Virus record (IMG/VR): IMGVR_UViG_3300028676_000005
Span: 165,430-229,429 of that record
DNA length: 64,000 nt
Strand: one strand, 5' to 3'
This document shows, piece after piece, positions 56,654 to 64,000 of this stretch. A program made the translations under genes and the position numbers. Position 1 is the stretch's first letter, and every line of letters begins with the position of its first letter. The notes beneath the pieces were generated by a model. It did no database searches. It was not told the origin of the DNA and saw only the letters and a list, made by a program, of their open reading frames with translations.

Positions 56654-58201
56654 TTAAGCGTTAACTTTTCTAATGAGGGTCATGAATTCGGTCTTGATTG
56701 CGTTTTCTAGATCAATCGAGAACAAATCCCCAGCGGAGACCCGGTCGTAAATTGTTTCATTTTCCAGTACACCGTATTCCAAGTTAGAACGCCAGATACC
56801 TTGACCGAGGGAAGTCATGAACGCGTCTGCGTTAAGGATAGCTTCGTTGTAACCACGGTTCTCACTGTTACGAGATTGCACGTCACAGATAGAGGACAGA
56901 TAGTTCTTGTCTTCATCAGTTAAACGCAACCCGTCTGCAAGGGAACGGATACCAGTCGGGTCTACTTGTGCGCCCAATACACTTGGTAGATAAGTGAACC
57001 CCATTTCGCTCAGCTTCACTTGGGCCAATGCAATGGCTGCCGTAATCTGAGTATAGCTGCAAGCTTCCCATATAAAGGAAGAGACATCACCCGAGTAAAC
57101 GAGCATTAGCAACTGGTGTACGTGTTCGTGCAAATCAAAGTCCCAGTTAACCGGGAGGTTGTCATACACTTTTTCTACAAGCTTTTCATTCTTGATATTC
57201 AAAGCTAAGCACTGGTATTTAAACCGGTCTACAAAGCGAGGCTTATCGGTCTCGTCAAACAAACCAAAGCTAAAGAACTCAGCATCAGCTTCTTGGTCGG
57301 CTTCTTTAGTCTCGGCCGTAATACCATACTTATCCAATGACGATCGTTTATCTTCGTCATCACCGCCTGGTCGGCTTTCTTTTGCCTTGAATACAACGCT
57401 GTTCTCATGCTGACGAACTGCACCGTTAATACCGTTGGCAATATTCTTGTCTTTTTCTGTTTCAGGAATTACTGCACAGCACAACCTGTCAAAGATCGCG
57501 CTATACAAAACTTTCTTAATAAATGTCTCGCTGCCCCCGCCACCATCAATTTGAGTTGGAAAACCTCGTTTATCAAAAGAATGCTTAAAGTAGGTTTCCA
57601 GTTTCTTCCAACCTGGCATGCTGGTAATCAGTATGTTGCTACTCAGCAGTTCACCACACACGATCTCGCTGTAACCAGCACCCATGATTTGATCGAAGCG
57701 ATTAAGCAGACCAAAGATGATTGGATAAGTTGCTCGTGCCACAAACGCCAGCTTAACCAGGTTTACATAGTCCTGATCAGTAATAGTTGTTTCAAGTGGG
57801 TAGTCCCCTTTACTGGATGCCTCGCTTAAGTTACGCGGGATTACCAAGTGTTCGGAGTTTTGGATATACCCGCAGTACTTACTGATGTTGATCATATCCA
57901 AGATATTATCAACGATTGGTTTGAGCTGACTGATCTCATTGTTATAATCGTAAAACTTACCGAACTCGACAATGTGATGAGCTTTGCTGTAAAGCTTAAA
58001 CAGTTTGATCTTTTCTTCTGTGGTAAGTACCGCTTCCACATACTGGTTAAGACATAAGAAAAGGTTGTTCTCTACCTCGTCAGAAATCTTTTCCAGTTGT
58101 ACTTTGGACTTACCGTTAAACAGGACCATTTGGTCATTAAGATTTACAACAATAGCTTTAATGCCCTTTTTACCGCTACGACGAGTGTCGATTGAGAACA
58201 T
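56654..58201 (-). CDS. nvRNAP promoter-specificity (sigma-like) subunit (phiKZ gp68-like)
   Basis: 515 aa; NLFLCLNQYV, TITDQDYVNL, EDKRSSLDKY motifs; synteny. Confidence 0.78.
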   Translation of the reverse strand: MFSIDTRRSGKKGIKAIVVNLNDQMVLFNGKSKVQLEKISDEVENNLFLCLNQYVEAVLTTEEKIKLFKLYSKAHHIVEFGKFYDYNNEISQLKPIVDNILDMINISKYCGYIQNSEHLVIPRNLSEASSKGDYPLETTITDQDYVNLVKLAFVARATYPIIFGLLNRFDQIMGAGYSEIVCGELLSSNILITSMPGWKKLETYFKHSFDKRGFPTQIDGGGGSETFIKKVLYSAIFDRLCCAVIPETEKDKNIANGINGAVRQHENSVVFKAKESRPGGDDEDKRSSLDKYGITAETKEADQEADAEFFSFGLFDETDKPRFVDRFKYQCLALNIKNEKLVEKVYDNLPVNWDFDLHEHVHQLLMLVYSGDVSSFIWEACSYTQITAAIALAQVKLSEMGFTYLPSVLGAQVDPTGIRSLADGLRLTDEDKNYLSSICDVQSRNSENRGYNEAILNADAFMTSLGQGIWRSNLEYGVLENETIYDRVSAGDLFSIDLENAIKTEFMTLIRKVNA

Positions 58202-58225
58202 AGCGAGATTACCTTTTGTCTGTTA

Positions 58226-58249
58226 CTACCCTAATAATTTAGGTCTGAA
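58226..58249 (-). promoter_or_regulatory. Early-type promoter copy
   Basis: TTCAGACCTAAATTATTAGGGTAG. Confidence 0.65.
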
Positions 58250-58271
58250 ATTCTCTTGCAAAGCATAAAGG

Positions 58272-58303
58272 TTAACCTAGGCGGGATATCCCGCCTAGGT
58301 TAA
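58272..58303. terminator. 32-bp perfect palindrome, probable terminator
   Basis: TTAACCTAGGCGGGAT|ATCCCGCCTAGGTTAA just after stop of 58313-59035. Confidence 0.8.
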
Positions 58304-58312
58304 TTCACGTAT

Positions 58313-59035
58313 TTAGAAATCAACGTCGTCGAATTCGTTATCGAAGTTCGAGTTGGACTGGTTAGGGTTGGTTGGACGCTGTACAGCTGCGCCGCCGCCG
58401 GTGCCTTCACGAGGTTTTGGTGGCTCGTAGCCTTCCAGCTCCATGCGATCCAGAACAGGCTGGTGGAACTTGATCCAGCTACGCACATACATGCGCGACA
58501 TGACGCCCAGGTCTTCCACGGTTTCGCCAGCGGTGTTGCGCACCAGGATTACCGATTGGTTTGGACCTTTGAAACGGGTCTTGACTTTGTAGTCGCCCTT
58601 GCTGTAGCCCAGGGTGATGATGCCGTCGGCGTCGCGGATGATCGTCAGCGTGATCTGCGTGATCGGAGCATCGGACATGCGGCTGGCGCCACCGGTACGG
58701 ACGAACTGGTGTTTCTTGACGACCAATTGCTTGGTGCCGAATTCCGGGTTGTTCGTGGCTTCGAGCAGCGCTTCGAACAGGATGTTGCGGTGGTACATGT
58801 CGAGTTCGACTTCTTTGTGCGGAGACTTCGCACCTTCTTTGAACACGCCATCGGAAATCTTCAACACCACTTTACCGGCGTTGGTCAGTTCCCACATGAA
58901 CTGCGCAGGGTACTTCCCGCCTTCCATCGGAGCATCCGACGCAGGGTGCGGCATCCGCCAGTCGTTCAGGTACATCTTTTTACGAGGGGTAAAGACTGGA
59001 CGATCACCACCGCCACCGTTGTTGTAATTGCTCAT
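58313..59035 (-). CDS. chmC: Nucleus-associated nucleic-acid-binding protein ChmC/Imp6 (phiKZ gp67-like)
   Basis: 240 aa directly upstream of gp68-like gene; disordered G/N-rich ends, acidic DNEFDDVDF tail, high-expression codons; mainly synteny. Confidence 0.65.
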   Translation of the reverse strand: MSNYNNGGGGDRPVFTPRKKMYLNDWRMPHPASDAPMEGGKYPAQFMWELTNAGKVVLKISDGVFKEGAKSPHKEVELDMYHRNILFEALLEATNNPEFGTKQLVVKKHQFVRTGGASRMSDAPITQITLTIIRDADGIITLGYSKGDYKVKTRFKGPNQSVILVRNTAGETVEDLGVMSRMYVRSWIKFHQPVLDRMELEGYEPPKPREGTGGGAAVQRPTNPNQSNSNFDNEFDDVDF

Positions 59036-59103
59036 GACGTTTCCTTATTTCAAAAAATGTGTTTGAGTGTTATAAATATGGTTCGCAGTACTAATAAACT
59101 TTT

Positions 59104-59394
59104 TTACTTATCCACGTATTCTGGCATTGGTTCGCCAGAGAAATGGGCTTCAATAGCTTCTTTAAGCCATTGACGGTGCCCTGGTCCACCGTGAGCAATC
59201 TTGTCAAACAATTCAGGGATACGCTTGATAATGTCCACAGCAACCTGGAAGTCACCTGTAGGGCATGTATCATCACCGCTACCGGCTACACCGGCACAGT
59301 ACTCAATGTTTCCAACCAGGACGTTTACCTTTTCACCAAAGGTAGCGTCTTCGTCAGGGTTATTAAGCATTTTGTATTTATCAAATGTCGACAT
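59104..59394 (-). CDS. Small hypothetical protein
   Basis: 96 aa, AAGGA SD. Confidence 0.75.
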   Translation of the reverse strand: MSTFDKYKMLNNPDEDATFGEKVNVLVGNIEYCAGVAGSGDDTCPTGDFQVAVDIIKRIPELFDKIAHGGPGHRQWLKEAIEAHFSGEPMPEYVDK

Positions 59395-59404
59395 GACAAA
59401 TTCC

Positions 59405-60202
59405 TTAGAGCATTAGCATCAAACCACCGCGTTCAATACCTGGCGGTAATCCAGCTATAGTAGAACGCACCCTTGACATTGATGTGGCAGATGACCAGTT
59501 ATGTTCGTCGGCTAATCGTTTGACTACCTCCCGGATACCAGATGAAGATGCTTTGAAGTTAGTTGAGTTATCTCCAAACACCTGGATAGTTAAACGGTTA
59601 AGTGGGATACCCATCAGCTTCTTGCCGTTAGTCAATTTCGTATACCAATCCGGATATGCTTTAAGCACTCCTGTATAAGACTCTAACAACTTAAGCCTGG
59701 TTACCCCACTCGTTTCGCACAAATCCACAGGGTGGTGCGTCAATACAATCCCGTTGCCGCCAAAAGACGGCATACCGACATCGGTCTTAACAATAAGCTT
59801 TTCATATTTCTTTTGGACCGCTTCGCAGACTTTGAAGATAATCTTCTCTTCTTCAATCTGTTTTTCAGTACCCTTTAGAGGATCTTTAATATCAGCCTTA
59901 GGGTACTTGCTAGCGATCCCTTTATACGTTGGGAAGTAAACAATCATCTTTACTGGACGACCGTTACGGTGGGTTTCAACATATTTAGCCAAAAACGTAA
60001 TATCACCAGCTACGTCTTTGGTAAGTTGCTCCACATCATTAAATTCAGCTTCTTCCCGAGTATAAGACTCCCTGGCATTACGCACCAGGGTTCTCAAATT
60101 AAACAGAACCTCATCAACGTTACGGAAGCTCTGTAGGGTTCCTGCCTCAAGACACAACGACGTACCCACAGAAATACCGAGCGCACCTACTGAACGTGTC
60201 AT
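59405..60202 (-). CDS. Conserved core protein (phiKZ gp66-like)
   Basis: 265 aa; R.VGALGISVGTSL, FNLRTLVRNA, LLESYTG motifs; ATGA overlap with sbcD. Confidence 0.72.
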   Translation of the reverse strand: MTRSVGALGISVGTSLCLEAGTLQSFRNVDEVLFNLRTLVRNARESYTREEAEFNDVEQLTKDVAGDITFLAKYVETHRNGRPVKMIVYFPTYKGIASKYPKADIKDPLKGTEKQIEEEKIIFKVCEAVQKKYEKLIVKTDVGMPSFGGNGIVLTHHPVDLCETSGVTRLKLLESYTGVLKAYPDWYTKLTNGKKLMGIPLNRLTIQVFGDNSTNFKASSSGIREVVKRLADEHNWSSATSMSRVRSTIAGLPPGIERGGLMLML

Positions 60203-61326
60203 AGGAACTCCGATAGTACCTTAAGAGCCTCTGCTTCGGAGACTCCATATTTATTTAGCCCAGTTGCCACACTTTCTACCGCAAGTATGTTATCTGGCAA
60301 ACTAGACTTGGTTAAAGAGATACCGTTATACACGTCAGTGCTAAACAGAACCTCATCGACTAATTCATCCGCATTCTTTTCGTTCTCTGCTTTAATACCG
60401 TAATCGGGATACTCTTTGCTAAGCATCCCAAGTACTGGGTTTACTACTAAAGCAGAACCGCCCATTACCCTGATTTGAGAGTGTCTAGGTAGTTTCTTCC
60501 TTTTAACAAAATCATGAAACTTAACGATTAACTCTTCTGCGGTTATTTCACCATTGACCTTGAGGGTGACATATGGGAGCGCATTCTTGTTCTCCCAGAA
60601 ATTGGCACTGAATTTATTGTTCTTTAAGTCAAAGTCAACAACGTATCCGCCTTTAGGGTGTTCTTCCCCATGGCGTGTACGATCAAAAGATCCGGACGTA
60701 TATAAATAGCCGGACTGGACTGGGGTATGGATATGACCAGCCAAAATACACAACCTGACAATAGACGACCAACGTTCTAAGTTGTGTGCCTTATGTCTTA
60801 CCTTAGTAGGTAACTGGAACTCGAAAGCTCCATGGAAGTGGATCATGTCGACTTTATCTAAACCGGTTTCACTTAATACGGCAAGTGCCCGTTCCCAGAT
60901 TTCGTCGGGTGTTGCAGTCCCCATGTTGTCCGGGACGTACATAACAGTAAGCCCGTCGAGATGTTCATAGGTTTTGATACACAAGGTATCAATGTACTCT
61001 ACTCGCATACCTTCAGGAGCCAGGTTCAGGAAGTGTTTAGGCTGTTCCCAGTCGTGAGACGAAGTACCGGCTAACCACGTTACTTGAATGGCTGGGTTGA
61101 GCTTGTAGGCCTCGTGAAGAAAGGCTTTGGCCCATTCAAACACCAGGTGTGTATCAGGGTGGGGAAGTTCGACCATACGTTCAAAGAAGTCACCACCAAA
61201 AGACACCATATCCACATTGGCCAGGTCGTGCTCCTTACGCAAGAATCGGGTAAGGTTATTCAGGATATGTGGTGTTGGAGTTGTCTGGTGAAAGACATGT
61301 TGATCAGAACTCCATAACAAACGCAT
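60199..61326 (-). CDS. sbcD: SbcD/Mre11-like metallophosphoesterase nuclease (phiKZ gp65-like)
   Basis: SDQH, GGDFFE, GTSSHD, HFHG, GHIH motifs. Confidence 0.88.
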   Translation of the reverse strand: MRLLWSSDQHVFHQTTPTPHILNNLTRFLRKEHDLANVDMVSFGGDFFERMVELPHPDTHLVFEWAKAFLHEAYKLNPAIQVTWLAGTSSHDWEQPKHFLNLAPEGMRVEYIDTLCIKTYEHLDGLTVMYVPDNMGTATPDEIWERALAVLSETGLDKVDMIHFHGAFEFQLPTKVRHKAHNLERWSSIVRLCILAGHIHTPVQSGYLYTSGSFDRTRHGEEHPKGGYVVDFDLKNNKFSANFWENKNALPYVTLKVNGEITAEELIVKFHDFVKRKKLPRHSQIRVMGGSALVVNPVLGMLSKEYPDYGIKAENEKNADELVDEVLFSTDVYNGISLTKSSLPDNILAVESVATGLNKYGVSEAEALKVLSEFL

Positions 61327-61346
61327 GTAAACTCCCCATTAATCAA

Positions 61347-62132
61347 TTAGCACGCATTAGGATCGTAGTCCGGTTCATTATTACCGGCAGCCGCTTTTTC
61401 TGGACTGGTTTCTGCTCCAGTACCAAAGTCAACGTCATACTGACCTTTTACAAGCTTGTTAATCAGTTCTTTTTCTTCGTTGGACACAAACTCATTGCGA
61501 TGAGCTTTATACAAAACAGGGCGAGCAGCGCTCAGCTCATCAAGAGAGATAGCCTTGTTGTTGATATTTTCATAAATGAAGTAAAGCTGTTGTTCAACCA
61601 GGGGAACAATACCTTTTGCTTCGTAATACCAAGGCGATACCAGTTCGGTGATGGTACGTTGTTTAACGTCCTTCAGAGCGTTCTTGGACTTACCTGCCAG
61701 GGCAGCACTAGCCATTGGGTCGCCTTGGCGCTGACCGTCGTTAGCGATCATCTTGATGGCATGTTCGATCTGACGGAAAGCTTTGAATTGCTCAGGGCCC
61801 ATGTTGTTAGAAGACAGGGGTGGGATGATCAGGATAGGCTTATGTGGTTTTTCATCAGAGACAACCATTACTGACTGGCTGCCGTCTTCTGAGATTTCCA
61901 TCCACTGGGCTACCGGAAAATAGTTACGACCGTTGCTAATGCCCAAAGCAAACGGTATCAACCAGTCACTGATAAAGCGACTTTCCAAAATGACAGCCTT
62001 GACGTTAAAGGGAACTTCTTCACCTTTAGCTGTCATCATGCGCTTACCGTCGATTTCGGTGACGGTGTAATCTTTCAGCCAACCGAAAGCTTCTTCGATA
62101 ATCGCTGCCTTGATAGCCTTTTCTTCACTCAT
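61347..62132 (-). CDS. Conserved hypothetical protein
   Basis: 261 aa, ATGA overlap. Confidence 0.8.
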   Translation of the reverse strand: MSEEKAIKAAIIEEAFGWLKDYTVTEIDGKRMMTAKGEEVPFNVKAVILESRFISDWLIPFALGISNGRNYFPVAQWMEISEDGSQSVMVVSDEKPHKPILIIPPLSSNNMGPEQFKAFRQIEHAIKMIANDGQRQGDPMASAALAGKSKNALKDVKQRTITELVSPWYYEAKGIVPLVEQQLYFIYENINNKAISLDELSAARPVLYKAHRNEFVSNEEKELINKLVKGQYDVDFGTGAETSPEKAAAGNNEPDYDPNAC

Positions 62133-62536
62133 TTCCCCAGCCTCATTTTGTCAATTTCTCGGTAGAACTCACCGGTAATTTCGATGGAACGTCCTAGATC
62201 ATACGCCGTGCCGTCAATAATTACTTGAATGTCAATCTGCACGGTGTACAACGTCTTGGTATTGTTGATGTACTTGTACGTAACTGCCACGTTACGCTGG
62301 GAGGACAACTCGCCAAAGTACTCCTCCAGCTCTTGCTTAGCCTTTTCTACCAGGGTATCAGGAGTGCGGCTAAACTTCATAAACAGATAAAAGAAACTTG
62401 GTACCTTATCGAGCACCTTACCTTGGTTACGACGACTGATAAGCCAATAGCTAAAGTGTCTGGCTATCGCTTCAACTGGAGATTGTACCTCCCAGCCCAT
62501 TTCAGTTGTCATGGTGCCTACACAAAAATCTGCCAT
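62129..62536 (-). CDS. Conserved hypothetical protein (phiKZ gp62-like)
   Basis: 135 aa; GW..SP.E......W..S...Q pattern; synteny. Confidence 0.7.
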   Translation of the reverse strand: MADFCVGTMTTEMGWEVQSPVEAIARHFSYWLISRRNQGKVLDKVPSFFYLFMKFSRTPDTLVEKAKQELEEYFGELSSQRNVAVTYKYINNTKTLYTVQIDIQVIIDGTAYDLGRSIEITGEFYREIDKMRLGK

Positions 62537-62575
62537 AACAAATACCTATTTCACAAGGGTGATTTCGTAAAATCG

Positions 62576-62624
62576 AAAAAAAAATAAAAGAAGTAACTAG
62601 GGGGAGAGTTTCCTCTCCCCTTAG
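62576..62624 (-). terminator. Intrinsic terminator
   Basis: GGGGAGAG-gaaa-CTCTCCCC then long T-run on - strand. Confidence 0.85.
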
Positions 62625-62628
62625 CTAT

Positions 62629-63240
62629 TTACTCAACAACTGGTTCTTTGTCACTTTTGATATCAAACATGCCTTTAGCACGATGGTAATCAGTAGCACT
62701 CCAAGTCTTATGAATGTTCACAAGGTCTCGGAAGCCCAGACGGTTAGATCCGGAGTCGATGTAGTGGGTATGGTCAGCTTTGTTCTTACCTTCAACTTGT
62801 TGGATGTTGAGAACACCGTCCATAGCTTTACGGTAATACGCGTTAGACGCGCCCACACCAGAGCAAAGTGAATGCAGACTATCGTACCCCAGGATCTTGC
62901 CATCGAGAAACGCCTGCATGTGAAGCGGGTTAGCCATGATGTAGTTTGGCATCAGCCCTTGAGCGTTCATGATCGCGTCTGCGGTACCCAAGTAGCCAAT
63001 CTCAAACCGACCTACGTGTTCACCATCATCGTCGGCCCCAAAGCGCTTACTGAACTCCCAGGCACGACTATTCAGGAAGTTAGTAAACCCATCCATGATT
63101 TTAGTTGCTTGGTTAGCCAACCATCCACCGGCAGATTGGGCTTCTGCGATGTTCTTGTTAACATAGGCTGCGTTCTGCTGCATCTGGCTATCCGTAAAGC
63201 TACCAGATGTGGCAAAAGCAAACGCGTGGGCACTGTTCAT
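62629..63240 (-). CDS. Conserved core protein (probably phiKZ gp59-like)
   Basis: 203 aa; M.NYIMANP...GY...YYRKAMDG pattern; follows nvRNAP beta-prime gene. Confidence 0.6.
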   Translation of the reverse strand: MNSAHAFAFATSGSFTDSQMQQNAAYVNKNIAEAQSAGGWLANQATKIMDGFTNFLNSRAWEFSKRFGADDDGEHVGRFEIGYLGTADAIMNAQGLMPNYIMANPLHMQAFLDGKILGYDSLHSLCSGVGASNAYYRKAMDGVLNIQQVEGKNKADHTHYIDSGSNRLGFRDLVNIHKTWSATDYHRAKGMFDIKSDKEPVVE

Positions 63241-63253
63241 CTATTACTCCTAA

Positions 63254-64000
63254 CTATGCCGCAATAACGTGTTGGTGCATCAGCGTATTTAGGTTGATCA
63301 GGTTGGTTGCTGTTTGACCAGCGTAGTCACCCACTTTGAATGGAGTGTTACGATCCATTGCCTGGTGGTGGCCCCAGCCGCCGTACGCTTTTGCTTTGGA
63401 CTCATTGTCCATGCACCAAATGGTAAACTCGTTGTCGCCATCAAAGTCCGCGTTCTGGATTTTAACGCCCAGGATAGGAAGCTTGATACTTTCGTCCAAC
63501 AGATCACGGTTGATCTCTGGATGGAACGTACGCAAGCTCAGATACTCAATAGACGGGTTACGACCAGCCTGAATGAGCATACTGCGTTCTGCTTCCATGC
63601 GTGCAAAGAAGCTATCGATCAGTGGATCGATTTTGTAAGCTGCTTCCTTAATACGCTTCGCCGCCATGTTGGGGGTGTGACCATTGCGGTACAGGAAGCC
63701 TTTGATGTTGATTTCAAGTTTAGATAGCGCCATCTTCCAAGGGATGATCAGCACGTCAGGATCGATGATCCCTGTTTGAGACGTAATGATCGAGCGCCCA
63801 GTAAATGGTAACGAACCTGAGGCACAGTGTTTACGGTTAATACCGTGTTTCTCAAACAGTGCTTTAGGGTTGTTAGTAGAACAGTATTGCTCAGCCAATT
63901 CGATCAGTGTTTTACCAATCGTTTCAGCGTTCTTCAGCTTGTCGCCGTCACTCAGCTTGTTACACACGTTAGACTTGAGGGTGTCTACCATGGTGACATA
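63254..64000 (-). CDS. Non-virion RNA polymerase beta-prime N-terminal/catalytic subunit (phiKZ gp55-56.1-like), truncated by window end
   Basis: Catalytic NADFDGD, GRNPSI and FTGRSIIT motifs; frame open to the window edge. Confidence 0.92.
   Translation of the reverse strand, partial: YVTMVDTLKSNVCNKLSDGDKLKNAETIGKTLIELAEQYCSTNNPKALFEKHGINRKHCASGSLPFTGRSIITSQTGIIDPDVLIIPWKMALSKLEINIKGFLYRNGHTPNMAAKRIKEAAYKIDPLIDSFFARMEAERSMLIQAGRNPSIEYLSLRTFHPEINRDLLDESIKLPILGVKIQNADFDGDNEFTIWCMDNESKAKAYGGWGHHQAMDRNTPFKVGDYAGQTATNLINLNTLMHQHVIAA

Noticed and set aside
1-64000. CRISPR arrays, tRNA or rRNA genes, IS elements
   Set aside because: No regularly spaced direct repeats, cloverleafs or transposase-like ORFs were seen; intergenic gaps are short and mostly explained.

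Overview
This 64-kb window is the conserved core of a phiKZ-like (Chimalliviridae, nucleus-forming) jumbo phage genome. It reads mostly on the - strand, in the order of the phiKZ gp55-gp129 block. It holds the portal C-terminus, major capsid protein, DnaB helicase, a large head/inner-body and baseplate module, a split family-B DNA polymerase piece and one virion RNAP subunit. It also holds all five non-virion RNAP subunits (gp123, gp74, gp71-73, gp68 and the NADFDGD-bearing gp55-56.1 C-terminus), an intein-containing SF2 helicase, an SbcD nuclease and PicA/ChmC-like nucleus proteins. phiKZ gp-number equivalences come from synteny, size and recalled motifs, not from a database search. The most interesting unexplained signals are at RNA level. 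(i) A T_TTT_TTT -1 frameshift site would fuse a T4 gp26-like Zn-ribbon protein to the next ORF, a lambda G/GT-like arrangement. (ii) A G_GGA_AAC slippery heptamer plus a three-way-junction RNA sits at the very end of the capsid gene. (iii) A 114-nt intergenic RNA folds only on the - strand, with all its wobble pairs G-U. (iv) A 4-copy early-promoter motif lies mainly in front of nvRNAP operons. (v) There is a family of unusually long hairpins. The helicase intein combines Ser1 with a class-3 WCT signature. No tRNA, rRNA or CRISPR array was seen.
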